DNA of 64,000 nt. It comes from a virus. Lineage: Duplodnaviria > Caudoviricetes. The stretch's first letter is position 1, and each line of letters opens with the position of its first letter. This document shows positions 38,888-49,400 of this stretch, piece after piece. The stretch lies in the IMG/VR virus record IMGVR_UViG_3300007754_000852. The stretch is one strand, 5' to 3'. The position numbers and the translations under genes were made by a program. The notes beneath the pieces are model-generated. The model did not search any database and was not told the DNA's origin. It worked only from the letters and a program-made list of their open reading frames with translations.

Positions 38888-39146
38888 CGAATAACTCCCT
38901 TCTTTCTGCTAGTGTTCTTAGCTTTAGGTCAACCCCTGTTAGATCCTTATAATAACTAATCAGATATATCTCAAAGTCATTGAGCCACTGCTCCTTTGTC
39001 TTTTGATCCCTTCGTGAAAAATTCTTTCTTAAGTGAGATGGTATTCCAAGCATTATCTGTTTTTTTATCGTAACCCAGTCATCACAGTCACCGGCATAGC
39101 TTGCAACAAACTCGACCTGCTCTCTTATTCTATCATTAATTTGCAC
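38868..39146 (-). CDS. Hypothetical protein
   Basis: Tiling ORF. Confidence 0.6.
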   Translation of the reverse strand: MQINDRIREQVEFVASYAGDCDDWVTIKKQIMLGIPSHLRKNFSRRDQKTKEQWLNDFEIYLISYYKDLTGVDLKLRTLAERRELFGDIRKI

Positions 39147-42100
39147 TTACAGCCTTCTCGTACACAACATATCTTCCCTGCGTTGTTCTCTTAACAAATA
39201 GCCTCTCTTTAGGAGTAAACGAAAGCCTTCCCTTGTGATACCAGATAATTCCCTCAACATCCTTCAATGCTGTGTCTCTGGCGTCTTGAGACAAGACATC
39301 TAAAAATCTCTCAGCCGTCTCTATTACGTCGCCGGTATCATCCTTTATAGAGAATTGACTTACAACATCACGTGCAAATGACTTTAAGGCCACTGAACCG
39401 ATATCACTAAGGTCGCTGTGATAAAGGCCCAGGGACATCAATCTCTTGTAAAGCCTTCCGTCTAAAACCTTTTTTCCCTTTGCTGATCCTAGCTTTATTC
39501 CATTTGACTTTTTTGCTGCTTTAACCTCCCAGTTTAATCCGCCTATTGTAACATCAAATGGAGCTGTGCCGACTGAAACACTGGCATCGTTAAATAAAAA
39601 TGGAACAATCAATTCACCGGCACCTGTTTGACTTCCTCCTCTTCTTGTCGATCTATACTCAGCAAGAGGTAGAAGCTCCTCAGGAACTATAACTCTCTCG
39701 CCGGGTGTAGCTGAAAAGAGAGCGCTGTTTATATTGCCGCGGAGTTGTGACAGGATTTCCATTGTAACTGTTTGTAGACTTTTTGGTATGGAGTTTTTCA
39801 TCACATTTCTCACCCTTTCAGCATTTGTATCATCCAGCATTAGTAGAAACGATTCAAATCCAGACTCAGGCGTAAACTTATCAATCTTTAGATCGTCTCT
39901 AATATATTTTATAACAGAGAGCACCTCTAGGTCTGACATGTCAAATGCGTCATCTCCTAGTTTAATAATTGCTTCTTTGATGAGTGATCTCACCTTTGAC
40001 TCAGACAAAGCTGACGACATCGACTGATTGACATAACTAACAGCCCTTTCAGACTCCTCAGCCGGCAGGTATCCAGGAAGATATTCCTCAAATTCATCTA
40101 ACGCCTGCAACAGTATTTCATCATTAGACTTTGACATGTGATCGACTAGCTCTTCAAATGAGTCAATTTTAAACTTATCAATGCCGCTCAAGCCTATCAG
40201 CGGAAGATACTCATCTGGATCTCTGATCCTCTTAACCTCCTCACCGTTTATATTTTCTGTATATCCTCCTGGCCATCTTAATGTCACCTTTACGACATCG
40301 TCAGGCGTTGTTCTGCTTCTTCCCGTGATGTTTGCAAGAAGAGATAGCATCAGATTTCTATACACACCCTTTACCTTTCCCTTATGTCCGCCCCTTAACT
40401 CCCACCATGTATCACCAGCATGTTCAGGTCTCTCAGAGACAAGATCTATTTGAAATAGCTCATCTTGCAGAGGAGCACTACTGTCATCAGAATCAGGATC
40501 TCTAAGCATTACACTCACCATGCTTCCTCCGACAACAATGTTAGAAACCCCTGGCACCAGCTCTTTCTGCAGGAACGGTGAACTACGAAGCATTGCCTCT
40601 AGTGTTTCCTTTACAGGATCATCTTTCCTCTTTTTCTTTTTTCTCTGCTGCCTTAGCTCTTCTACATCGCTAGAATATTTGTCAATCATGTCATCTGTAA
40701 TGACTGCCAGCAAGTCTATATCACCCAAGATGTCTGCATCTGTTCCCGTGCTTCCAAGAAGGCTATTTCCAGACTCACTTTTCTCTATGTTGAGATCAAT
40801 TCCAAGAGGATCTAAGACGTTCTTTTTTAACGATGAGATAAGTCTGTTTGCCTGGTCCCTAGATATCTTTTCCTGTGATGTGACAACAACCTTTTTCTTC
40901 TTTCCGTCGGCATCAATTATCGATCTCTTGAAGGCCTTTCCTCCTTCAGACAAGATCTTTTTAAATATCTTTAAAGCTTCTGATAGCGCCTCTTCATCAG
41001 AGTCAGACATGTTTACATCTTCAGGTTCATCAATAAAAAGAACTTCACCCCTAGACGGATATCTAAACAGCGTTACAAGCCTATGGACCGGTGTAAACAT
41101 TCCTGTTAACTTAACAGATATATCTCTACCCTCTTTTCCTGGGAGCCTGAGGACGACACCCTCAACAGCCTTTTTAAACATAGACATCTGTTCAACTCGT
41201 GAAATCGACGTATCTAGCTTTGTTGCCCAGGCTGTGTCAACGATGTCGCTTATCTCACCACTTTCAACATTCCTTACATGTATGGTGCTAGACTGTAACG
41301 CACTTTGTATTCTATCAACCTCGCTTGCGAGATCAGCTGTAACACCGTCATTTGTCGCCAAGGTAAATTCTAGCGTCTCAAAGAAATAGTATCCTAATTT
41401 TTGAATAATTTTTTCAAGATCAACAATTGCAGCAACAACGTGTGCTGTTGCCATCTTATCAATTTTTTGAAATACCTTCCAGTGAACAGAATCCATTTCT
41501 CGACTTGAAATTCTTTTTTCTATAAACTTTTCAGAGCCTACGTGAAATTTATCTAAAAGTCGATGAACTGCCCTGGTTCGTATGTCATCAGGCATGCTAT
41601 CTAGCTCAGGAGCATAGTGACTTAGATAGTCTTTCATCACAAGCGTTGCATACTCACCTACTGTCTTGGGTGGGTGATCAAATCTTTTTAAAAGTGAATC
41701 AATTTCACCTTTGAGCTCATTTATCTGGCCTATTATCTCTGATGCGACCTGCTTTGTCTGCTCTAGTTTAGGAACTGTACCGACAGACCACGATCTGTCA
41801 GAATTATCCTGTATCTCAATATCATCATTCATAAAGAGGTCATTGTATATATCAACATCTATGTCGATATCTGGATATGGAGATGAAGGTCTTATAAATC
41901 TAAAGTGATTCTCAGTATAGGGAATCGTGTTGGGGTTTATTGGTGTGAGTATCTGACCCTCTACAACAACCTTACCATTTAAAAATAACTGTCTTACTTT
42001 GTTTATGTCTAGCTTTTTTACATATTCATCTAAGACATCATAGGCTGAGGCAAATGCATCTTTTGTCTTTTCTCCCCACGTCTGAATGTTTCTTATGTCA

Positions 42101-43233
42101 TCTCTTCCCTTTCCGCCTTTTTCAAGAGTAGAAACTCTTGGACCTTTTCCGTACTGTCGTATTTCGCCATCGTCTAAAACTGTAAATGTGAAATTTTGAC
42201 CATCCATCTTTTCCTCGATGTGATCAATTCTTCCGCTAAGAACATCCTCTATTAGCTGTTTCAGATTATCAAACGTAAGATTCATATCTTCAGTTAGGCC
42301 CGGGATGTGACCTTCTGGTCTCGATGTTGCCTCTCTAATCGATTTCATCGCAGTAAATCTAGATGCTGCCCTTAGAATCGTTGAGCTGCTTATAGCTGAT
42401 GATAAACGTGACTCACTGACATTTTCATCACTGATAATTATCTTGACAATCTCGTCTTTTTCAGCATCGCTTAAAACACCCGGAAGATATCTCTTAAATG
42501 ACTCGATGTCACCAGAGCCAATGAACCCTCGAACGTCAGTTCCCCTAACATTGATCATCTCCTCAGATGCGTCTGGATGATAATCTTTCAATAGGTTTAC
42601 GAGGTCCGATACATTAGACATGCCTGATTTAAATGATATCTTTCCTTTGTCAATTAGCTCATACACCTTTTCTCCGATGACTGCGTCACCTCTTTCAGCC
42701 CTTTTTTTCATTCCTAACAAAAAGGCATATGAGTTTATCTCATCGTCTCCTGCATACACGGTTATGCTATCTACTGCAGATAGATCTATGTCACCCTCAG
42801 GACTGCTATGTTTTGTCGTGAGATTTCCAACTGCAAGCGCCGGGTTTCTTGACTGTCCTGCCTCGTCTTTAGCTCTCTTTCTTTCTTCATCTGTTAGATG
42901 GGCGTATGCGAACCTGTCAAGAATATTGTGAATATTATTGATTGGAGACGTGTGCTTTGCAGAAATCACATCAAGCTTGTCAGGATATCTATCCTGTAAT
43001 GCTTTTTCATACACAGCAAATACAGCGTCCTGGAGAGGTTCAGTATATAGCCTGCCTGTATCTCCAAATGTTCTAAACTTTGTTTTTAAAGGCTTTCCTT
43101 TTTTATTTAGCTTTTGCTTTTGAATCCCAAAAAAAGAAAGAACCTTATCATTCTCACCTAAAGCAAGAAGCAATTTTGAAAAGTGACCCGTGTGAAACGG
43201 TTTAAATCCACCACCATAGAGACCTAATTTCAT
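39136..43233 (-). CDS. 1365-aa multidomain protein: HxGH nucleotidyltransferase + KxDG ligase-like domain + Pol-beta NTase + PD-(D/E)xK nuclease
   Basis: GGFKPFHTGH (aa 8-17); EEKMDGQN (aa ~340); LGSTG...GDIDL...QIDL (aa ~825-900); GAGE...FDV...WEVKA (aa ~1200-1240). Confidence 0.75.
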   Translation of the reverse strand: MKLGLYGGGFKPFHTGHFSKLLLALGENDKVLSFFGIQKQKLNKKGKPLKTKFRTFGDTGRLYTEPLQDAVFAVYEKALQDRYPDKLDVISAKHTSPINNIHNILDRFAYAHLTDEERKRAKDEAGQSRNPALAVGNLTTKHSSPEGDIDLSAVDSITVYAGDDEINSYAFLLGMKKRAERGDAVIGEKVYELIDKGKISFKSGMSNVSDLVNLLKDYHPDASEEMINVRGTDVRGFIGSGDIESFKRYLPGVLSDAEKDEIVKIIISDENVSESRLSSAISSSTILRAASRFTAMKSIREATSRPEGHIPGLTEDMNLTFDNLKQLIEDVLSGRIDHIEEKMDGQNFTFTVLDDGEIRQYGKGPRVSTLEKGGKGRDDIRNIQTWGEKTKDAFASAYDVLDEYVKKLDINKVRQLFLNGKVVVEGQILTPINPNTIPYTENHFRFIRPSSPYPDIDIDVDIYNDLFMNDDIEIQDNSDRSWSVGTVPKLEQTKQVASEIIGQINELKGEIDSLLKRFDHPPKTVGEYATLVMKDYLSHYAPELDSMPDDIRTRAVHRLLDKFHVGSEKFIEKRISSREMDSVHWKVFQKIDKMATAHVVAAIVDLEKIIQKLGYYFFETLEFTLATNDGVTADLASEVDRIQSALQSSTIHVRNVESGEISDIVDTAWATKLDTSISRVEQMSMFKKAVEGVVLRLPGKEGRDISVKLTGMFTPVHRLVTLFRYPSRGEVLFIDEPEDVNMSDSDEEALSEALKIFKKILSEGGKAFKRSIIDADGKKKKVVVTSQEKISRDQANRLISSLKKNVLDPLGIDLNIEKSESGNSLLGSTGTDADILGDIDLLAVITDDMIDKYSSDVEELRQQRKKKKRKDDPVKETLEAMLRSSPFLQKELVPGVSNIVVGGSMVSVMLRDPDSDDSSAPLQDELFQIDLVSERPEHAGDTWWELRGGHKGKVKGVYRNLMLSLLANITGRSRTTPDDVVKVTLRWPGGYTENINGEEVKRIRDPDEYLPLIGLSGIDKFKIDSFEELVDHMSKSNDEILLQALDEFEEYLPGYLPAEESERAVSYVNQSMSSALSESKVRSLIKEAIIKLGDDAFDMSDLEVLSVIKYIRDDLKIDKFTPESGFESFLLMLDDTNAERVRNVMKNSIPKSLQTVTMEILSQLRGNINSALFSATPGERVIVPEELLPLAEYRSTRRGGSQTGAGELIVPFLFNDASVSVGTAPFDVTIGGLNWEVKAAKKSNGIKLGSAKGKKVLDGRLYKRLMSLGLYHSDLSDIGSVALKSFARDVVSQFSIKDDTGDVIETAERFLDVLSQDARDTALKDVEGIIWYHKGRLSFTPKERLFVKRTTQGRYVVYEKAVSAN

Positions 43234-43874
43234 TTATTCCTTCCGTCCTGTGATCTGTTTATCGTTGAATAAATATGTTCAATGACACCTGAAAAATCAT
43301 GAACATGCACAGCGATGTGAGACCTAATCATATTTCCGCTTACATGACTATCACACCACACATTGTCATCTCCACACTTTTTAACATTTAGCATCGCTAT
43401 TTCATCAATTGAAACAGGTGTATAGTTCCATAAGTCTGAGCAGACATTCACCCTGCCACCTCGAACCCTTTCTCCCTTGTGGATGTGTCCGTGAATTAAT
43501 ACGTCAAATCTTTCAAAGAGAGGCTCAGGAAGGGGGTGATGCTGGACCAGGGCATTTTTTCCACACGGCATATCATATTCTATAGATCGATGATATTCAT
43601 CAAACCCTGCTTCGATCATTCTTCTTTTAGACTGATCATGGTTTCCTTTTATAAGGATCTTATATCCATTTAATCTGTCTATTATACCTTTTGGATCGTC
43701 ACACCCTCTAAGAAATGCATCTCCTACAAGAAAAACCCTATCATCGTCTGTTATAACACTGTTCCAGTTGTCAATTAACGAATCATTCATCTGATTAACG
43801 CTGTCGTATGGACGATCACAGTACTTTATGATATTCCTATGGCTAAAGTGCGTGTCTGCTGTAAAGAAATCCAC
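43230..43874 (-). CDS. Calcineurin-like metallophosphoesterase
   Basis: ADTHFSH, VGD, KGNHD, HHP, HGHIH. Confidence 0.92.
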   Translation of the reverse strand: MDFFTADTHFSHRNIIKYCDRPYDSVNQMNDSLIDNWNSVITDDDRVFLVGDAFLRGCDDPKGIIDRLNGYKILIKGNHDQSKRRMIEAGFDEYHRSIEYDMPCGKNALVQHHPLPEPLFERFDVLIHGHIHKGERVRGGRVNVCSDLWNYTPVSIDEIAMLNVKKCGDDNVWCDSHVSGNMIRSHIAVHVHDFSGVIEHIYSTINRSQDGRNK

Positions 43875-45190
43875 TATTGCTTTCCATTCATGCTAAAGAT
43901 ATCCCCTACGATGCTTAGAACACTATCATTTAATCTTTCAAGTTGTTTATATTTTTTATCATCTATTCCAAGAGAAAGCTTTTTATCAATGTTCTTTCTT
44001 AAGCCGTCTTTATACAGCACAAGAATTTCATCAAGCATCTCATTAGAAGATGATATCACATCATTTTCAGCAAGTGTCAGTGCAAGACCCTTTATTCCAA
44101 GAGATAGACTTCTGATTGTGATATCTTTAGGGTCAACACCGGGATATTGTGTCAATAATTCATTTTCTGTAAACTCATCACCAATAAATTCCCTTGCAAT
44201 ATCTCGTAAAAATGTTTTGATATTCTTGCTAACCAAGACCAAAGATGTATCTTTTCTCTGTCTAAACGGAACTATCTCACCGTCTCTTACCTTTGCAAGA
44301 ACGCCTCTGTCTCCTATTGACATGTTGAAATAGCTTCCAAGTGCTGTATAGAGATTTCCTATCGTATATCCCTTCTTCCCTTTTTCAGGAATCCATCTCC
44401 ACGGCATCCATCCCGACTCATCTTGAGATGAATCGTCCTCTTTTACATAGAGCGGAAATGTAACAATCGTATCTGCTTGAACGTGATCACCGCTTGGCAG
44501 TCTCAGTATGAGCAAAAGAGCTGAATCTGGGTTTTTATCTGCTCCATGAAGAGTTGCTGCAGTGTTAACATATTTTTCAATCTCAACAGACTGGTTTAAA
44601 AAATCAATCAATGAAGAGACATACTTCTTCTTTGTCAGGTTTTCTGCTTTCCTTATCTCATCAGGTGATGCACCAGACTCGACACCAACAGGAAATGACA
44701 CTGATACGTCTATGTCACCATACTCTGCATCGGGATCGTCAACAAGATGATAGTAAGATGATCCCACAGTAGTCACCACCTTGACGGCTTCCATTCCTTC
44801 AGACTCAAGATGCTTATTCCACATGTCAATGACAATCCTATAGACGTCAAATGTCATTGAAACTATCTCTGGATCGATCTTTACATGAGATGTGAGATGA
44901 GGGGCCTTGAGACCACCCTCCTTCAGAATTCCTGATTTTATCCCTTCTCTCTCTGCTACTTTCTTTAGATATCTTAAGGCACCTATGGCATCTTGAATTC
45001 TATGCATCTCTTTTCTATGCTTCAGCCTATTAGGGCCTTTTCTCAAAGAGTTTTTTACGAGAATTAATCTTGATATCATAGACTCTAAGTCATCTATGTG
45101 AACTCTAGACCCATAGTCTGCTGCAGTGCCATCTGACATCGACACAAGAGACTCTGCCACTTGCCTCATTACGTCACTATAGTCACCCAT
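43874..45190 (-). CDS. Pol-beta-superfamily nucleotidyltransferase with N-terminal helical extension
   Basis: TVGSS...GDIDVS...VQADT catalytic triad. Confidence 0.75.
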   Translation of the reverse strand: MGDYSDVMRQVAESLVSMSDGTAADYGSRVHIDDLESMISRLILVKNSLRKGPNRLKHRKEMHRIQDAIGALRYLKKVAEREGIKSGILKEGGLKAPHLTSHVKIDPEIVSMTFDVYRIVIDMWNKHLESEGMEAVKVVTTVGSSYYHLVDDPDAEYGDIDVSVSFPVGVESGASPDEIRKAENLTKKKYVSSLIDFLNQSVEIEKYVNTAATLHGADKNPDSALLLILRLPSGDHVQADTIVTFPLYVKEDDSSQDESGWMPWRWIPEKGKKGYTIGNLYTALGSYFNMSIGDRGVLAKVRDGEIVPFRQRKDTSLVLVSKNIKTFLRDIAREFIGDEFTENELLTQYPGVDPKDITIRSLSLGIKGLALTLAENDVISSSNEMLDEILVLYKDGLRKNIDKKLSLGIDDKKYKQLERLNDSVLSIVGDIFSMNGKQ

Positions 45191-45232
45191 TAGAGAACGC
45201 CTCCAACGATAAATATGTTTTAATATTAGTGT

Positions 45233-45445
45233 TTATGATTCATCAACAACAACCCAGTCTGGATCTGATTCAACATTATCAAGGGCCGACTTTACACTTC
45301 CGTGAATAAACATCCTTATATCATCATCAGTTACATCATCGCCATCAGGAATTTTAAAGTGATTTCTTACATGCAGCAAGAATGACTCAGTCAGATCTAC
45401 CTCAAGACTACCACCACCAGGTAGCTGTATTATTTTTTTCTGCAT
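45233..45445 (-). CDS. Hypothetical protein (possibly leaderless)
   Basis: ATG 5 nt after the -10 of the promoter at 45451-45479. Confidence 0.65.
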   Translation of the reverse strand: MQKKIIQLPGGGSLEVDLTESFLLHVRNHFKIPDGDDVTDDDIRMFIHGSVKSALDNVESDPDWVVVDES

Positions 45446-45450
45446 GATTT

Positions 45451-45479
45451 ATCATACAGGGCTTTCTTTAAAAGTACAC
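45451..45479 (-). promoter_or_regulatory. Class I-like promoter
   Basis: GTGTACT tttaaagaaagccctg TATGAT. Confidence 0.55.
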
Positions 45480-45484
45480 AATTA

Positions 45485-46165
45485 TTATAGAGACATCAAG
45501 CTTCTTACTTTCTCTCTTATCTCATTTACCCTCTGTTCTCCAACTCGAATCGGAGGAGATGTATCTTCTGGGCCGTGCTTCTCTTCTTCTTCCTCTTCAT
45601 CATCTGTATGATCTATCCCTGCTGTATCTTTCTCTGGCTCTTGAACAATGTCTTCTTCTCCAGCAGACATTTTTATATTTTCTGGGGGCTCACTAGGATC
45701 TTGCGCATCTGCACCGGTCACTGATCCTGTCAATATCCCAGCAAATGATCTCAAGAAAATTAGAAGGACCTGCCTCTCTTGATCATCTAGTCTGTCAAAA
45801 TATGTTCTCATCTGAGCACTTATTTGACTATCATCAACAGACCTTCCGCTTCGTAGAGTCTTGATTGCATCTGCAACACTATCAAGAGATACCTCTATGT
45901 CATTTTCATCGCTTTCAGGCTGCGTAGGCTCATTATCGTCTTCTGATTTTGTAGACAGCGATAGATCATCATCTACGTCACCTGATTGACTGTCTTGTTC
46001 ATCAACCTTATATACATCTTTATCAACCTTAAGCATGTCAGAGATTCTACCTTGCATAGGATCAACATTTGACACTGCAGACGTCGCCTCTTTTACACTT
46101 TCTTCAGCTAAAATCTTTAAAAACATCTCAACATCATCGGTGCTCTTAAGTCTTACTGTGCTCAT
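45485..46165 (-). CDS. Acidic putative head-associated protein
   Basis: LKILAEES; Asp/Glu-rich linkers. Confidence 0.7.
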   Translation of the reverse strand: MSTVRLKSTDDVEMFLKILAEESVKEATSAVSNVDPMQGRISDMLKVDKDVYKVDEQDSQSGDVDDDLSLSTKSEDDNEPTQPESDENDIEVSLDSVADAIKTLRSGRSVDDSQISAQMRTYFDRLDDQERQVLLIFLRSFAGILTGSVTGADAQDPSEPPENIKMSAGEEDIVQEPEKDTAGIDHTDDEEEEEEKHGPEDTSPPIRVGEQRVNEIREKVRSLMSL

Positions 46166-46338
46166 TTTTTCTCTCCATACTTTATTCTATTTTGCCATAG
46201 CTCACGATATAGACGATTATACTGTCTCTGGGGAATCTCTTCAGGCCTTCCTGTATCTTCATTTGTCATATTGTGATCAATCTTTTCCCGGTTGCATATA
46301 TCATCGATAAACTTATCAAAATTAAATTTTTGGCTCAT
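46162..46338 (-). CDS. 58-aa hypothetical protein (not in the supplied ORF track)
   Basis: Hand translation MSQKFNFDKFIDDI...YNRLYRELWQNRIKYGEKK; TGA overlaps next ATG; ATAGTTA upstream. Confidence 0.65.
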   Translation of the reverse strand: MSQKFNFDKFIDDICNREKIDHNMTNEDTGRPEEIPQRQYNRLYRELWQNRIKYGEKK

Positions 46339-46368
46339 GTAATCACCCTTTAAAGATAACTATTTGTG

Positions 46369-46770
46369 TTATTGGTTCGTTACTGTTATCTCACAATCAT
46401 ATTCATCTTCACCAATAAAGATCGACGACTGTCTCATAACATTTACGCTGTCTAAATTAAGCGACGAACCAGAGCTTGTCTCTAGTATCTTAATTTTTTT
46501 AATTCTTCCAGAAAGAAGGTTCATCGCCTTAATTGCATTGCATGAAAATGATATCGTTATCTCATCTTGCTTCTTTTCTATCTTTTTAACATAGCGCTCA
46601 ATTTTATCGTTTTCTAAGATAATTTTGCACATTATGCTAGCTTCTACATCATTATAGAACTGTGTGATATCAATCTTTTCAACCAGTGAATCGCTCATTA
46701 TTACAGATTTTTTATTAATGTTCGTCATCTTATAAGCTGATATATCTTGTGTCATCATATATCTCATCAC
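46369..46770 (-). CDS. Hypothetical protein
   Basis: Tiling ORF; start uncertain. Confidence 0.6.
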   Translation of the reverse strand: MMRYMMTQDISAYKMTNINKKSVIMSDSLVEKIDITQFYNDVEASIMCKIILENDKIERYVKKIEKKQDEITISFSCNAIKAMNLLSGRIKKIKILETSSGSSLNLDSVNVMRQSSIFIGEDEYDCEITVTNQ

Positions 46771-47125
46771 AAAATCGTGATATTTTCTGATCCTGTTCTG
46801 TTACACCGTTTACATCTTTGGTAAATGTCTCAATTCTAACTAACAGGCCATCGACGATGATCATAATATCGTGATGTATTCTTTTTTGCTCACCTAGTAC
46901 CTCATTAATAAAGTATCTTGCTCTGTCATAGTTATCAAACTGAAAGCCTTTGACTAGCCTCTCTGGCTCATGTAAAACCTGCCATGATGAAATAGAAGCC
47001 TTTATCGGAGAATCACTAGATGGCATTCCAACAATTGACTCAACAATTCTCTCGCTTCTCTTGCGATCTCCTCGACACTCTATAAATTTTTTATTATCAA
47101 TCAGGTCTAAAAGCGTTCTCATCAC
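46730..47125 (-). CDS. Pterin-4a-carbinolamine dehydratase-like protein
   Basis: WQV...LVKGFQFDNY...FINEV...HHD...VRIETFTKDVNGVTEQD. Confidence 0.8.
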   Translation of the reverse strand: MMRTLLDLIDNKKFIECRGDRKRSERIVESIVGMPSSDSPIKASISSWQVLHEPERLVKGFQFDNYDRARYFINEVLGEQKRIHHDIMIIVDGLLVRIETFTKDVNGVTEQDQKISRFCDEIYDDTRYISL

Positions 47126-48927
47126 TACCTTCTAAACTTTGAAACACGCTTTGGAGCTGTAGCGAGAGCCTTCTCTAACATCCTATATGAAGCCTCTTCA
47201 TCAAAAACAATATTTTCAATATCATTGATTATTCCTATCATATAGTCATCATATTTTTCTGATGAATAAATTTCATCATCGCTAGATCGCCTAAATACAC
47301 CATCGGCATTGAGCTGTTGAATAAATGCACGGACTCCACCCTCTTTTGCGCCTTTTGTCTTGTCTGCATCAAGGACGTCTTTTGCAACCTGTTGTATAAA
47401 TGCAACAACAGACTCAAATGCATTTCTTTTATCAATATATGACTGTGACTCAACATCAACGTCTCTTGTGTTGATGGCAGTGTTTTGAACAACAAGATAT
47501 CCACCAAGTCCATCAGGATCATCAGGATCATCAGAGTCAACATCTGGAAAAATGGAATTGTCTGCATCAAGAAGATCATTGACAATTGTCATCTCAGCGT
47601 CATCATCATATCCAACTGACTCGACATAATCTCTTAAAACAGACCTAAACACATTATAAATTGCTGCAACTATCTGATCTTGCGCCTTTAATTTCAGCGG
47701 ATCATATGTTGATGGAATCTTCTTTGTCGTCGGAAAGCCCAGCGTAGCTGCATCTTCTGGATCGAATCCAAAAACCTTTAAATCATCATATAGAATGTTC
47801 TGAATATTGTTTGTCTTTAATCCCGTCTCATCAGATATTCTATCCTTTAATGCTTGCATTGCTTTTTGTGACATTTGCAATCCAATTCCCTCATCCTCAA
47901 GAATCTCATCTCTCAGCTGCCTTCTTATCTTTGCTGCCTCATCTGGGTTTATATTTTCATCGGCTGCGATCTGATCAACGGTATTTTCTGGCTCTCTTGC
48001 TTCTTGTTCTGTCTCATCAGCAAGAGCTTTGAGTCTTTTTGCTCCTTGCACATCACCCTGGGCCGCGATCTCATCTGCCCTGGCCCTAAGAGCACTAGCC
48101 AAGTTAACACCTGTTAGACCTGTTTCCTTTCTAATCTTTGCAAGCTCTTTGGTTGATGATCTTGATTCTGCCTCTTCTTTTCCTGCTGCAACATATCCAG
48201 CAACCTCTTCAGGGGTGACATCTCTGCTTCCAAGAACTGATGATAGATATTCTAAGACCTTTCCCCTAACCTCTTTCTTTTCATCATCAGAGAGGTCTTT
48301 CATCATCTGCTTAATTCTTCGATTATTTCTCATCTCTCCGATTGCCTTAAGATGAACTAATCTTGTGTCAGTTCCTCTAACCACAGAGTGACCAGTCTCA
48401 GAATCTATATCAACATTGGCAAATAGCGCAGGATTTTTCATAAAATAATCAACAATAGCATCAGTTGCAACCTGAACATCATCTTCTATGCTAAGCGGTC
48501 TGTCAAGATCATCATCTAGATCATCAAGCATTCCCTCAACTATCTGCCTAAACGCTTTCTCATGAATCGTCGTTTGATCATCATCACTTTTTCCATAGAC
48601 TTTTTCATCGTGCTTGTCAATGGACAGGTCTAGAAGCTGATGTAATCGTCTATAGAAAAATTCTATTTGATCAGCAGGAACCTCATTAGATATCACAGAT
48701 GACGCCCTCGATAGCTCCTCCTGATTTGATGGAATGTACTCAGGATCATCAACAGGAGGAATGTCAGCAGATAGCTGGACAGCCATCTGGGGGGTTGGTT
48801 CTATTGGCTCTTCATCACTCTTCGCTGGGATGTCGCTGATATTGCTAGACTTCGGACTTCTATCTTCAGATAGAATTCTTCCTATTGCATCTCTCAGGGC
48901 ACGCTTATTTACTATGACACGCATCAA
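47125..48927 (-). CDS. 600-aa acidic phage protein with 'ALRDAIGRILSE' N-terminal motif
   Basis: Long ORF; PQMAVQLSADIPPVDDPEYIP; ATACCTA upstream. Confidence 0.75.
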   Translation of the reverse strand: MMRVIVNKRALRDAIGRILSEDRSPKSSNISDIPAKSDEEPIEPTPQMAVQLSADIPPVDDPEYIPSNQEELSRASSVISNEVPADQIEFFYRRLHQLLDLSIDKHDEKVYGKSDDDQTTIHEKAFRQIVEGMLDDLDDDLDRPLSIEDDVQVATDAIVDYFMKNPALFANVDIDSETGHSVVRGTDTRLVHLKAIGEMRNNRRIKQMMKDLSDDEKKEVRGKVLEYLSSVLGSRDVTPEEVAGYVAAGKEEAESRSSTKELAKIRKETGLTGVNLASALRARADEIAAQGDVQGAKRLKALADETEQEAREPENTVDQIAADENINPDEAAKIRRQLRDEILEDEGIGLQMSQKAMQALKDRISDETGLKTNNIQNILYDDLKVFGFDPEDAATLGFPTTKKIPSTYDPLKLKAQDQIVAAIYNVFRSVLRDYVESVGYDDDAEMTIVNDLLDADNSIFPDVDSDDPDDPDGLGGYLVVQNTAINTRDVDVESQSYIDKRNAFESVVAFIQQVAKDVLDADKTKGAKEGGVRAFIQQLNADGVFRRSSDDEIYSSEKYDDYMIGIINDIENIVFDEEASYRMLEKALATAPKRVSKFRR

Positions 48928-48959
48928 AACCTCTCAACAATAGGTATCTAAGATGTCGC

Positions 48960-49400
48960 TTAATTTGCTGTATTTGCCTGAGAAACAGCCCAAACTCCAA
49001 CAGATGTTGCTAGTATTCCTGTCAAAATTCCTCCTACATACCATGCTGACACTGACGGGCTATTTCTTTTTAACATCTCATCAGTTAAAAGCTCTATGTG
49101 ATCATTCTTTAGATCGATTATTTGACTGCTTCTTTCCTCACAGGATTCTGCTTTAACTCTTTCAACATCAATAAGATATTGTGTTTCTGCTTCTTGAACG
49201 TCTAAAGCCTCACTCATCTTAAGCTCACAAAGCTCCTGTGAGCTTTCTAACTCAATTAACAATCTTGCTGATGCATTTGTGCTAAATAGAGTTCCAGAAA
49301 ACGGTGCTTCCTCACCTGCCTGAATAGTTGTGACCTGCTCAGAGTCCTGTGCGTATGATGATCCACACAAAGGGAACAGAGAAAATAAGAAAAACATCAT
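48960..49400 (-). CDS. Secreted coiled-coil protein with C-terminal TM (spanin-like)
   Basis: Signal peptide, EAPFSGTLF, coiled coil, C-terminal hydrophobic helix. Confidence 0.55.
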   Translation of the reverse strand: MMFFLFSLFPLCGSSYAQDSEQVTTIQAGEEAPFSGTLFSTNASARLLIELESSQELCELKMSEALDVQEAETQYLIDVERVKAESCEERSSQIIDLKNDHIELLTDEMLKRNSPSVSAWYVGGILTGILATSVGVWAVSQANTAN

